Below, piece by piece: positions 9,029 to 18,059 of a DNA stretch of 43,228 nucleotides; position 1 is the first letter of the stretch; every line of letters begins with the position of its first letter. Position numbers and translations under genes: made by a program. A model generated the notes under the pieces. It made no database searches. It was not told the DNA's origin and was given only the letters and a program-made list of their open reading frames with translations. Origin of the DNA: an uncultured candidatus Brocadiaceae bacterium (GTDB taxonomy: Bacteria > Planctomycetota > UBA1135 > UBA2386); contig CAZMGG010000003.1 in assembly GCA_964565715.1 (NCBI GenBank), positions 64,368 to 107,595 on the forward strand, written 5' to 3'.

Positions 9029-10195
9029 ATGGCCAGGTTCACCCGGGTCCCGTTCCTCGTCCTGCTCGCCGCGGGCTGCCTGCCGGCGCAGACCTACGTG
9101 GTCGATGGCGCCAACGGGCCCGGCGCCCACTTCACCAGCATCAGCGCGGCGGTGGCGGCGGTGCCCGACGGCGCGACGCTGCGGGTGCGGGCCGGCTCCT
9201 ACGGCGGCTTCACCGTGCAGGGGAAGGGCCTGGTGATCCTGGGCGAGCCCGGCGCACGCGTCGCGGGTGCCTTCTCCGTGCGCGGCACGACGGCGGCACA
9301 GGCGGTCGTGATCCGCGGCCTGCCGCTGTCGAGTGCCCTGGACACGGTGGGGGTCGATCAGTGCCAGGGGCCGGTGCTGCTGGAGGGCGTCCATTCCCAG
9401 GAATGGTGCGCTTGCAACCTGCTGCCGACGTTCTCGGTCTGGACGTCGGCGCAGGTGCAGATCCGTGAGTCCATCGCGCGCGGTGTCTTCGTGCTCGACT
9501 CGAACGTCGTGATCGAGGGCTGCGACCTGAACGGTTCTGGCGCGTCCTGCGCGCACGGCGTCTGCACACGAGGCTTCCCGACGCTGACGGTGATCGGCGG
9601 CGCGGTGCAGATCGTCGACTGCACGCTGACCGGCGGCATCGGCGGCGGCGGATTCTTCTACCCGCTGATCCCGAACGAGCCGGCGATCCTGTGCAGCGGC
9701 GGCTCGGTGCGGGTGCTGGCGCCCTCGGTGCTGAATGCCGGCGACCGGCTCGGCATCCCGCCGGTGGCGGCGGTGGCCGGCAGCGGTCATGTGCGGATCG
9801 ATCCGCTGGTGACGGTGCGCTCGGCGGTGAACCCGCCGGTGGTCGGCGCGACGGTGCGCTACGAAGCGATGCCGGCGGTGCGCAGCGGCGGGGCGGGGCC
9901 GGGCGGCAGCATGACCGGCTCGGCGCTGGGGCCCGCCGGCGCGCTCGCGGTGCTGGTGGTGGGCTGGCCCGGGCCCGAGGCGTTCGTGCCGGGCATCGCC
10001 GAGCCGTTCTGGATGGCGGTCCAGGGCCATCACTTCGCGGCGATCGGCGTGCCGCAGAACGGCGCGCCGCTCACCGCCACGGTGGCGGTGCCGAACCTGC
10101 CGGCGTTCGACGGCGTCCGCCTGGCGTGGCAGTCGGTGAGCCTGCTGGCCACGGGCCTGCAGGCGTCCAATCCGAGCGCCGCGGTGGTGCGATAG
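9029..10195 (+). CDS. Secreted right-handed beta-helix (pectin-lyase-fold-like) protein
   Basis: Signal peptide MARFTRVPFLVLLAAGCLPAQ. Repeated Gly-rich beta-helix rungs, for example VIEGCDLNGSGASCAHG, VDCTLTGGIGGGG and VRVLAPSVLNAGD. Confidence 0.65.
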   Translation: MARFTRVPFLVLLAAGCLPAQTYVVDGANGPGAHFTSISAAVAAVPDGATLRVRAGSYGGFTVQGKGLVILGEPGARVAGAFSVRGTTAAQAVVIRGLPLSSALDTVGVDQCQGPVLLEGVHSQEWCACNLLPTFSVWTSAQVQIRESIARGVFVLDSNVVIEGCDLNGSGASCAHGVCTRGFPTLTVIGGAVQIVDCTLTGGIGGGGFFYPLIPNEPAILCSGGSVRVLAPSVLNAGDRLGIPPVAAVAGSGHVRIDPLVTVRSAVNPPVVGATVRYEAMPAVRSGGAGPGGSMTGSALGPAGALAVLVVGWPGPEAFVPGIAEPFWMAVQGHHFAAIGVPQNGAPLTATVAVPNLPAFDGVRLAWQSVSLLATGLQASNPSAAVVR

Positions 10196-10228
10196 GGAAC
10201 GGAGCCGACCGGCGTGGCCGATCGGCTC

Positions 10229-11347
10229 CTAATCGTCGCCCTTGCCGGCGACGAGGCTGTTGAGCTGCTGGCCGAGGTCGCCCTGGCCGAGCACGAAGGT
10301 GACCTTGGCGCCCTTGAGGATGCCCTCGAAGGCCTCCAGCTCCTTCATGCGCAGCAGCACCGGGTTGTCGGCCAGCAGCCGGGCGGTGTTGGCCTGCGAA
10401 CGCGCCGCCGCGGTCTCCTCGCGACGACGGATCAGGTTGGCTTCCGCCTGCTTCTGCGCCTCCATCACCTGGTTCAGGATCGTCTTCATGTCGCCGGGCA
10501 GCACGATGTCGCGGACGCCGGCGCTGGCGACCGCGACGCCGAACTGGGCGGCGCGACGGCCGAGTGCCTGCCTGACCTCGCCGGCCACCGCGTCCTTGTC
10601 CGCCAGCAGGCGGTCCAGGTCGCGGCCGCCGACGGCGGCCCGCAGCGCCAGCTGCGCCTCGCGGTAGACCGCGATGCCGGCGTTGTCGACCACGGTCGTG
10701 GCCAGCACCGGATCGGTGATGCGCCACGCCACCACGAGGTTCAGCCGCAGCGTCACCTTGTCGGCGGTCATGATCTCCTGACCCTGGACGTCGGCGATCT
10801 GCTCGCGCAGATCGAGCGCCTTCCAGGTGATCACCGAGCTGCGGTTCCAGAACGCGTGACGGCCGGGACCGAGGGTGTTGACCAGCTCGCCGCCGCGCCG
10901 CACCAGCAGTCGTTCGTGCGGGTCGACGTCCACCGCCACCAGGTGCTCCTTGGCGGTGGGGACGGCGAGCACCGCGTCGAGCTGCGGGTGCCGGAAGAAG
11001 ATGTCGGCGACCGAGAAGACCTCGATGCGCAGACGGCACGGCTGCTGCCAGTAGGCGAAGCGGCCGCTGCCGACGAAGTCGAACAGCCGGCCATCGCGCC
11101 AGACCAGCGCCCGCTGATCCTCGTCGAGGTCGACGACCTGCAGCCGCTCCTGCAGCTCCGGCTGGCGGACCAGCAGGTCGAGCAGCGGGTGGCGGAAGCG
11201 GGTCTGCAGGACGTTGACGATCTCGAGCTTCTGCAGGCCGAACCAGAGACCCGGCAGGGTCCAGGTGCCCGGCCCGAGCACGCGACGGAAGTCGCCGCGT
11301 TGGAACAGCAGGCCGAGCTCGTTCTGCTTGATATGGGTGCGGAACAT
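10229..11347 (-). CDS. SPFH / band-7 (stomatin/HflKC-like) domain membrane-associated protein
   Basis: ATG giving MFRTHIKQNELGLLFQRG, preceded by AGGAGG. A central band-7 core; a C-terminal coiled-coil, EAQKQAEANLIRRREETAAARSQ. Confidence 0.7.
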   Translation of the reverse strand: MFRTHIKQNELGLLFQRGDFRRVLGPGTWTLPGLWFGLQKLEIVNVLQTRFRHPLLDLLVRQPELQERLQVVDLDEDQRALVWRDGRLFDFVGSGRFAYWQQPCRLRIEVFSVADIFFRHPQLDAVLAVPTAKEHLVAVDVDPHERLLVRRGGELVNTLGPGRHAFWNRSSVITWKALDLREQIADVQGQEIMTADKVTLRLNLVVAWRITDPVLATTVVDNAGIAVYREAQLALRAAVGGRDLDRLLADKDAVAGEVRQALGRRAAQFGVAVASAGVRDIVLPGDMKTILNQVMEAQKQAEANLIRRREETAAARSQANTARLLADNPVLLRMKELEAFEGILKGAKVTFVLGQGDLGQQLNSLVAGKGDD

Positions 11348-11773
11348 GGGATTGCCTCCTGATGGGAAGCACTTGTGATGGTCAGGAACGTGATCGGGGG
11401 AACACCGGTGCGCGCCGTTCCCGATCGCGCACAGGTGGGATGTCATTGCTGGAAGTCGGAGGAAAGGTGCGCCGCCGCCGAGGTGCTGGGACAGGTCCTG
11501 GTTTGCCGCGGAGCCGGCAGGTGGCCACGGGTTCCGGCGCCGGCGATCCCCGCCCCGTCCCGTCCCGCGCGACCTGCCGCGGACTCCTGCACTGGACAGA
11601 GGATCGGCCGTCACCGTGACCCGCGGCCACGATTGCCTGCTGCAGAGCGACTCACCAGTTCATTGCGGATGGCACGAGGCCATCCGCGCCGGACCTGCCG
11701 TCAGTTCCTCGGCGACGGCGACACGCGCGGAGCTTCCCTTGCGGGACCCTGTCAAAGGGTGGCCTTGCGGCCG

Positions 11774-11847
11774 GAGGTCGAGCGGGATTCGAACCCGCAA
11801 CTTCGAGATTACAGGTCTCGTGCTCTGCCAGTTTGAGCTATCGATCG
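11774..11847 (-). tRNA. tRNA-like gene with UGU anticodon (Thr-like) and an imperfect acceptor stem; it may be a pseudogene or contain sequence error
   Basis: Minus-strand read CGATCGA-TA-GCTC-AAACTGGCA-GAGC-A-CGAGA-CCTGTAA-TCTCG-AAGTT-GCGGG-TTCGAAT-CCCGC-TCGACCT-C. D-arm, anticodon arm and T-arm (GGTTCGAATCC) are perfect. Acceptor pairs 1-72 and 3-70 are mismatched, and position 33 is C. Terminator-like hairpins (GGCCGCAAGGCC, ACCCTTTGACAGGGT) follow the 3' end. Confidence 0.45.
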
Positions 11848-12012
11848 CGTGTCGGACGCCGGATGAACCCGGATGCGGGACGCGCCCCGGCGATGCGGAT
11901 GCAGCCGGAGCGCGCCGCCGGACGACGTCAGACGGAATGCTGGGGGTTGGGTTGATTCACGGGTCGGTTGCCTCCTGGGGAGAGGACGGCTGGGGGGATG
12001 CCGGAAAACGCA

Positions 12013-12087
12013 GAAAGCCTCGCGCGGGCGCACCCGGCGAGGCTTTCGTGGTCCCTGCGGTGCAGGGGTGCTGAGGGGTTCCTCAGC
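12013..12087. promoter_or_regulatory. Two tandem stem-loops in the non-coding region upstream of the dehydrogenase operon; function unknown (leader structure, sRNA or terminator)
   Basis: GAAAGCCTCGC-N13-GCGAGGCTTTC, an 11-bp perfect stem at 12013-12047, and GCTGAGG-ggtt-CCTCAGC at 12070-12087. Confidence 0.4.
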
Positions 12088-12269
12088 GCGGCAGCCTCGC
12101 CGCAGGCATGTCGCAGAGGTGCGACGGGCTCACTTCGAGCCGGTAGCACATCTGCCATGGATTGGGGCGGGGCGTGTTCATGGGGGTGGGGGAAGGGGCG
12201 GCGAAGGGTAGCGACTCATTTCGCATTGTCAAGCGTCCATCCATGAATTCCGGCGTCACGGGGGTCACA

Positions 12270-13280
12270 ATGGCCCTCGTGCTGGACCACGCCGACTTCG
12301 AGCAGCTGCAGATCCACCGCCGCGCCGGCTGCACGGCCGTGGTGGCGATCCACAGCACCGCGCTGGGGCCGGCCCACGGCGGCATCCGGCGCTCTGGCTA
12401 TCCCGACCTGGCCGCGGCCATCGCCGACGCCCTGCGTCTGGGCGAGGCGATGACGATGAAGTGCGCGCTGGCCGAGGTGGCGGCCGGCGGCGGCAAGGCG
12501 GTCATCCTCGACCACCCGGACCTCGATCGCCGGCAGGCCTATCGCCTGGTGGGCGAGGCCGTGGCGCAGCTCGGCGGGCGTTTCTTCACCGGTCCCGACG
12601 TCGGCACCACCGCCGACGACCTGCGCGAGGTGGCCGCCGTGACGCCGCACGTGGCCATCGGCGACGGCGAGGACGACCTGGCTGGCGCCACGGCCGAAGG
12701 CGTCCTTGCGTCGCTGCGGGCCCTGGCCGTGCGCCTCGGCCTTGCCGACCTGCGTGGGCTGCGCATCGCCGTGCAGGGCACCGGCGCGGTGGGCGGTCGG
12801 CTGTGCGCCCTGCTGGCGGCGGCCGGCGCGCGTCTGCTGGTTGCCGATCGCGACGAGGCCTTGGCCGCCCGGGTGGCCAGGGCCTGCGGCGCGGAAGTGG
12901 TCCCCGCGGACGCCATCGTCACCGCCGCATGCGACCTGCTGGCGCCGTGCGCCCTGGGCGGCGTGCTCGACGGCGCCGCGGTGGCGGCGCTGCGTTGCCG
13001 CGGCGTCTGCGGGGCCGCCAACAACGTGCTGGCCGACGAGGCGGCGGGCCTCCTGCTGCACCGCCGCGGCATCCCCATGGTCCCCGACTTCGTCGCCAGC
13101 GCCGGCGCCCTGATCGTCGGCGCCACCCGCAACCTGACCGGCCGGCCGCCGGCGCCGGGCCGGGTCGCGGCCATCGGCGAGACCGCCGGCGCGATCCTCG
13201 ACCGCAGCCGGGCCGAGGACCGGCCGCCGCGACAGGTGGCCCTGGCGCTGGCGCAGGAACGACTGGCGGCGGGCCGATGA
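12270..13280 (+). CDS. Amino-acid dehydrogenase of the Glu/Leu/Phe/Val dehydrogenase family (leucine/valine dehydrogenase-like)
   Basis: Substrate/catalytic motifs GPAHGGIR and KCALAEVAAGGGK. A Rossmann GTGAVG motif in the C-terminal half. Start ATG giving MALVLDHADFEQL. Confidence 0.7.
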   Translation: MALVLDHADFEQLQIHRRAGCTAVVAIHSTALGPAHGGIRRSGYPDLAAAIADALRLGEAMTMKCALAEVAAGGGKAVILDHPDLDRRQAYRLVGEAVAQLGGRFFTGPDVGTTADDLREVAAVTPHVAIGDGEDDLAGATAEGVLASLRALAVRLGLADLRGLRIAVQGTGAVGGRLCALLAAAGARLLVADRDEALAARVARACGAEVVPADAIVTAACDLLAPCALGGVLDGAAVAALRCRGVCGAANNVLADEAAGLLLHRRGIPMVPDFVASAGALIVGATRNLTGRPPAPGRVAAIGETAGAILDRSRAEDRPPRQVALALAQERLAAGR

Positions 13281-14038
13281 GCCACCCGCGCGATCCCGGG
13301 CTCCTGCGCAACGCGCAGGGCGAACGGCTCGACGCGACGTTCGTGCCCTCGGCATCGCCGGCCGCGGCGGCCCGGCCGCTCGTGCTGGTGGCCCACGGCG
13401 TCACCTCGCACAAGGAACGGCCGTGGCTGGTCACCCTGTGCGCCTGCCTTGCGACGGCCGGTTTCGACGCCCTGCGCTTCACGTTCGCCGGCAATGAGGG
13501 CTCCGAGGGTCGCTTCGTCGACGCCACCATCCAGAAGGAGGTCGGTGACCTGGGGTCGGTGATCGACGCCTGCGCCGGCCGCCCGGTGGTGTACTGCGGC
13601 CACAGCATGGGCGCCGCGGTGGGCCTCCTGCGCACGCTGCGCGACCCCCGCATCGTCGCGCTGGTGTCATTGGCCGGCGTGATCGACCCGGCGGGGCTGA
13701 TCTCCCGGGTCTTCGGCCATCTGCGGCCGGGCGAGCCGATGCTGGACAAGCCGAATTGCCCGTTCTCCGCGGCCCTGCGGGACGGCGCCAATGCGCTCGG
13801 CAGCCTCCTGCCGCGGGCCCGCGAGGTGACCGTGCCCTGGCTGCTGGTGCACGGCGACCAGGACGAGCTGGTGCCGCACGCCGAATCGGCGGCGGCGGCG
13901 GCCGCGGCCCCCCGGGCGAGCCTCGTCACCCTGCCCGGCGTCGACCACCGCTTCGCCGGCGCCCACGACGCGATGGCCGCCGCGGTGGTGCGCTGGCTCC
14001 TGGGCCTCCGTCCGCCGGGCCCAGGCGCAGCGGCCTGA
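13277..14038 (+). CDS. Alpha/beta hydrolase fold protein
   Basis: ATG overlaps the dehydrogenase stop as ATGA. Nucleophile elbow GHSMG; downstream D and H in HGDQDELVPH. About 253 aa. Confidence 0.7.
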   Translation: MSHPRDPGLLRNAQGERLDATFVPSASPAAAARPLVLVAHGVTSHKERPWLVTLCACLATAGFDALRFTFAGNEGSEGRFVDATIQKEVGDLGSVIDACAGRPVVYCGHSMGAAVGLLRTLRDPRIVALVSLAGVIDPAGLISRVFGHLRPGEPMLDKPNCPFSAALRDGANALGSLLPRAREVTVPWLLVHGDQDELVPHAESAAAAAAAPRASLVTLPGVDHRFAGAHDAMAAAVVRWLLGLRPPGPGAAA

Positions 14039-14063
14039 ACGCCCGGGCGGCCGGGCCACTGCG

Positions 14064-15089
14064 TCAGTGCGTGCCGATCAGGGCCGCCCCGCCGTTGCTG
14101 AAGACGATCCCGGTCACGTTCGCGGCCGGGTCGGGCGCGAAGGCCTGCTGGTAGAGGTTGGCGCCGATGGCGGCGGTCACCGCGGGGATCGGGAAGTCCC
14201 ACGTCGCCGACCCGGCGTTCGCGAACAGCACGAAGCTGAGCATCGGATCGGCATACAGGCGGCACTGCGGCATGCCGAACGCGCCAAGATCCAGGGGCAG
14301 CGAATAGGCGCCCGACGTCGTGTTGGAGAGGCCGACCCAGGCGATCGCGACGGGGCCCGGGATGTGGTCGATGCGGGTGCGGAGGTTCTGGCCGACGATC
14401 GGCAGGGATCCACCGAGCGCGGAGAGGGCCAGCGGACCGGTGCCGCAGCCGGTGCCGAACGATGCATACGATGACGGGCTGCCGGGCAGCTGGGTCACCA
14501 CGACGTTGTCATAGCGGTTGGTGTTGCCGTTGATCGCCTTGAGCCCGATGTAGCCGCTGGCGAAATGCGTCAGGCCCCCGAATGACAGGGCAGGAAGCCC
14601 GTCGATGAAGGCGTTGGCCGTCGTGCCCACGACCTCCAGCCGGAGATGGTGCCACGCGTGGGCGGTAGTCGAGAACGGGCTCGAGCTGAGCACGGAGCAG
14701 GCGCCATTGCTGTAGTTCATCCGGCAGATGCCGACGCCGGAGTCGAAGATGTGGAACTGGTAGTACCGCCCAGCATCGCACCCAGGCGTGCTCGTCTCGA
14801 TGCGGAAGAGCACGGAGGCGTGACGGTTCCCGGCGTACGAGTCGATGTAGAAATCGACATCGATCGCGTAGTCGGTCCAGGTGGTCGATCCGATCGTGGC
14901 CCGCGCATCGCCGCAGGAGGTGAGGCTCTGGACGTGCAGGGCGCCGTTCACGACGTTGAACGAGCCGTCGAGGAGTTGCCAGCCGTTGACGTTGCCGTCG
15001 TTGAAGTCGTCGGCGACGAGGACCTGGGCGGGCATCATCACCGACAACATGACCGAGGAGAGAGTTGCAAGAAGGAGGGTGCTGCGCAT
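14064..15089 (-). CDS. Secreted protein with an N-terminal LamG/DUF1080-like jelly-roll domain and a C-terminal domain of unknown function
   Basis: Signal peptide MRSTLLLATLSSVMLSVMMPAQ. DDFNDGNVNGWQLLDGSFNVVNGALHV and WTDYAIDVDF resemble the DUF1080 / 3-keto-disaccharide hydrolase-like fold. Confidence 0.5.
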   Translation of the reverse strand: MRSTLLLATLSSVMLSVMMPAQVLVADDFNDGNVNGWQLLDGSFNVVNGALHVQSLTSCGDARATIGSTTWTDYAIDVDFYIDSYAGNRHASVLFRIETSTPGCDAGRYYQFHIFDSGVGICRMNYSNGACSVLSSSPFSTTAHAWHHLRLEVVGTTANAFIDGLPALSFGGLTHFASGYIGLKAINGNTNRYDNVVVTQLPGSPSSYASFGTGCGTGPLALSALGGSLPIVGQNLRTRIDHIPGPVAIAWVGLSNTTSGAYSLPLDLGAFGMPQCRLYADPMLSFVLFANAGSATWDFPIPAVTAAIGANLYQQAFAPDPAANVTGIVFSNGGAALIGTH

Positions 15090-15232
15090 GAGAGAGGGGT
15101 CTCGGAAGGGGGCGCAGAGTAGCGGAGCGACTGGGCGGGACCAGTGGCTGTAATGGAGCCCGGGCTTGCGCCGAGCCGTAGTGGGATCCGGCTACGCAAG
15201 GGTGCGGTCGAGGCCGGCGTGGTCCGTGCCGC

Positions 15233-16459
15233 TCAGCCTTCGATCAGCGCAATGAGCTGATCCACCGCCGCGTCGACGAAGGCCGGATCCTCGGCGTGGG
15301 TGGCCATCTCCCGCACCGTCACCGTCGCCGGCAGGCTCGCCTTCAGCGCCGCGAAGAACGCCTGATCGCCCGCCGGATCGCGCAGCGGGCCGCCTTCCCT
15401 CCCATAGCGGCTGGTCCCGGCGGTCGGCAGGAACAGCACCGCCCTGCCCTTGGTGTGCTGCAACCGCCGGCCGATCTCGCGGCCGACCTCCTCGAACTGC
15501 GCCCGGTCCAGGCGCGGCGCCAGCACCACCGGGCTGTGGAACACGTGCAGATGGTTCCGCCACGCCGGCGGCACCTGGTGCTCGGGCACCAGCAGGCCCA
15601 CGTGCTCGGTGCCGCCCGGCACGATCACCTGCGGCAGCCCGAGCCGGCCCGCCACCGTCAGCCGTTCCGGCGTCCCGGCCCGCAGGGCCTCGTGCAGTTC
15701 GTCGCTGATCTCGCCCAGCGCATAGTCGAACACCGCGCCGATGATGCCCTCCTTCATCATCTGCTCCATCGCCCGGCCGCCGGTCCCCACCGCGTGGAAC
15801 ACGATCGCCTCATAGCCGCGCTCGGCGAAGCGCCGCACCGCGTGCAGGGCGCCCTCGGTCAGCACACCGAGATTGGTCATGCCGATCAGCGGCCTCTCCC
15901 GCTGCTCGGCCCGGATCGGCCCGCCCACCTGCGCCATGCCCCAGATCGCCCCGGCGGCGTTGGCCAGCAGCCGCCGCAGGAACAGGTTGAGGCCGAGGAT
16001 GTCGCCGATCGACGGCATCATCGTGATGTCCTTGATGTCGACGTAGGGCGCGGTGTTGCCCGACGCCACCGTCGACACCATCAGCTTCGGCACGCCATAG
16101 GGCAGCGTCCGCATCACCTCGCAGCACACCGCCGTGCCCTGCAGGCCGCCCAGCCCGAGCACGCCGTGCACCTCGTCCCGATCGATGGCCCGCCGCAGCA
16201 GCCCACCGGCGCCGGCCACCATCACCGGCTGCGCCTTCTCCCGCGTCGGATCCTGCTGCAGCTTCGCCAGTCCGCTGCCGCCGGCCTCGGCGATTGCCTG
16301 CCGCGTCACGTCGCCGGCCGCCGCCGGCCGGCCGAGCACGCCGATGTCGTACAGCTGGGCCCGCCCGCCCAGCGCCGCGATCTGGTCGCGCACGAACGAC
16401 GCCTCGTCGGCCTTGGTGTCGAGGGTGGCCAGGATGGCGATCGTCTTCGGGCTCGGCAT
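15233..16459 (-). CDS. UPF0261 (Tm-1-like) family protein
   Basis: About 408 aa, MPSPKTIAILATLDTKADEASFV... It is conserved as a gene pair with the downstream PEP-hydrolase-like TIM-barrel gene. Confidence 0.65.
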   Translation of the reverse strand: MPSPKTIAILATLDTKADEASFVRDQIAALGGRAQLYDIGVLGRPAAAGDVTRQAIAEAGGSGLAKLQQDPTREKAQPVMVAGAGGLLRRAIDRDEVHGVLGLGGLQGTAVCCEVMRTLPYGVPKLMVSTVASGNTAPYVDIKDITMMPSIGDILGLNLFLRRLLANAAGAIWGMAQVGGPIRAEQRERPLIGMTNLGVLTEGALHAVRRFAERGYEAIVFHAVGTGGRAMEQMMKEGIIGAVFDYALGEISDELHEALRAGTPERLTVAGRLGLPQVIVPGGTEHVGLLVPEHQVPPAWRNHLHVFHSPVVLAPRLDRAQFEEVGREIGRRLQHTKGRAVLFLPTAGTSRYGREGGPLRDPAGDQAFFAALKASLPATVTVREMATHAEDPAFVDAAVDQLIALIEG

Positions 16460-16468
16460 GGGCGTTCC

Positions 16469-17341
16469 TCAGGAGCGGTGGAAGCGCAGCGCGGCAAAGC
16501 GCTGCGCGGTCTCGAACACGGCCTTCTCGATCGGGATCCGCTCGGTCGACGAGCCGGTCCAGAAGCCGTCGCACGACGTGTGATCCAGCATGTACTGCGC
16601 GTCCTCCGGCGTCTCCATCGCCGCGCCGTGCGCCACCAGGATCACCTCGGGCATGATCCTCCGCAGCCGCTGGTTGGCCTGCTCGGTCCGCGCCGCCGTC
16701 TCCTCGATGGTCTCGCCGGAGTCGTAGCCCTTCAGCCCGCCCTTGGTCGTCCCGGCATGGAAGCAGAACACGTCGGGCCGCGCCTCGGCCACCAGCCGCT
16801 CCGAGTCCTCCTCGTCGAACGCCAGCCCGATGGTGACCATGTCCATCTCCTTGGCCGCCTTCAGCAGCTCGATCTCGTTCTGGAAGGTGATGCCCGACTT
16901 CGTCAGCACCCGGTAGATCTCGCTGTCCTTGTCGACGTAGCTGATCGACGGCCCGATGTTGGAGATCGACATCACCCCCATCGCCTTGCACCGCTCGATC
17001 ACCGTGATCATGTCCTTCAGCGGATCGTTGGCGTTGACGCACGCGCACACGAACGAATCGCCCTTCAGCGCCGGCATGATGTCCTGCTCGGTGTAGTCCA
17101 GCGTCTGCTTGTTGGAGTCGAGGATCGGCCACAGCATCGACATGGTGCCCATGCCGTTGGCCCGCAGCCGCGCGCCGCTGAACGTGTTGATGCAGTCGAC
17201 GCCGGCCTTCTCCAGCATCTGCGCCACGAGGCCGCTGCCGGCGCTGGCGATGAACACCGGCAGGCGCTGCCGGACCTTCTGCCGGAGCTTGTCGAGGATG
17301 CGGGAACGGGTGGTGCGGGGGACGATCACGCGCCGGAACAT
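16469..17341 (-). CDS. Phosphoenolpyruvate hydrolase-like TIM-barrel protein, the usual partner of UPF0261
   Basis: 290 aa, LPVFIASAGSGLVAQMLEKAGVDCI... It lies 10 nt upstream of the UPF0261 gene on the same strand. Confidence 0.6.
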   Translation of the reverse strand: MFRRVIVPRTTRSRILDKLRQKVRQRLPVFIASAGSGLVAQMLEKAGVDCINTFSGARLRANGMGTMSMLWPILDSNKQTLDYTEQDIMPALKGDSFVCACVNANDPLKDMITVIERCKAMGVMSISNIGPSISYVDKDSEIYRVLTKSGITFQNEIELLKAAKEMDMVTIGLAFDEEDSERLVAEARPDVFCFHAGTTKGGLKGYDSGETIEETAARTEQANQRLRRIMPEVILVAHGAAMETPEDAQYMLDHTSCDGFWTGSSTERIPIEKAVFETAQRFAALRFHRS

Positions 17342-17388
17342 ACGGCGTCGGCGTGCCGCCGCCGACGATCCGCGCTAGCTTCTTTCCG

Positions 17389-17784
17389 ATGTACCACGAA
17401 GTCCCCGCCGACGCCTTCCGCCACCGCCTCCGCGTGCGCTACTGCGAGACCGACCAGATGGGCGTGGCCCACCACGGCAGCCACGTGGCCTGGTTCGAGG
17501 AGGCGCGCACCGAGTGGCTGCGCGCCCGCGGCCGGACCTACCGCGAGATGGAGGACGCCGGCGAGTTGCTGCAGGTGGTGGATCTGGTGATCCGGTACGC
17601 GGGCACGGTGCGCTACGACGACGTGGTGGTGATCGCGGTGTGGGCGGCGGAGCGCAGCAAGGTGGCGGTGCGGGTGGCGTACCGGGCGACCCGCGAGGAC
17701 GGTGCGCTGGTGGCGGAAGGGATGACGCGGCTGGCGTGCGTGGGGCGGGACGGCAAGGTGCGGCGGCTACCGGCAGGCGTGTGA
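17389..17784 (+). CDS. Acyl-CoA thioesterase, YbgC/4HBT hotdog-fold family
   Basis: MYHEVPADAFRHRLRVRYCETDQMGVAHHGSHVAWFEEARTEWL carries the conserved D-x-x-G-V-x-H-x-x-Y motif region of 4HBT thioesterases. Confidence 0.65.
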   Translation: MYHEVPADAFRHRLRVRYCETDQMGVAHHGSHVAWFEEARTEWLRARGRTYREMEDAGELLQVVDLVIRYAGTVRYDDVVVIAVWAAERSKVAVRVAYRATREDGALVAEGMTRLACVGRDGKVRRLPAGV

Positions 17785-18059
17785 GGTGGGTGGGGATGGT
17801 GAAGGCGGGGTGATCGGGTCGGCGCGTGGATGGGGTATGGGGGGGTGGACGCGCTGCGGTGGGGTGACGTAGCGTTGGCGGTCTGGGTCATCCGCGCGAG
17901 GACGCGGGTGCAGACCAGGGTTGCCATGGAAGTGAAAACTGCTGCGATGGCCGACGTTCTCTCCGGGTCTCCGAGTCTCCGGGTCTCGAGGCCAGCTTCC
18001 ATGCCTTTCGGGCAAGCGCGGAAGGATCTGCCGCGCGGCTTCTGGACCAGCTGACGCCG

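Noticed and set aside
8922-9236. Plus-strand ORF MIIIHGVNGMLKWP..., and the identical MIIIH N-terminus on the minus-strand ATPase ORF
   Set aside because: The shared MIIIH is a by-product of the ATGATAATCAT palindrome. The real plus-strand gene is the signal-peptide-bearing frame starting at 9029. The ATPase more plausibly starts at 8914 or 8890.
12461-14265. Overlapping long ORFs (12461-14038 plus strand upstream part, 12919-14265 minus strand) rich in Arg/Gly/Pro
   Set aside because: The upstream part of the plus-strand ORF is a shadow of the dehydrogenase gene. Only its C-terminal 253 aa, the GHSMG alpha/beta hydrolase, is real. The minus-strand ORF is antisense junk.
15296-17590. A 764-aa plus-strand ORF across the UPF0261 and PEP-hydrolase genes
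   Set aside because: Its composition is extremely Arg/His/Pro-rich. It overlaps two conserved minus-strand genes and is a shadow frame.
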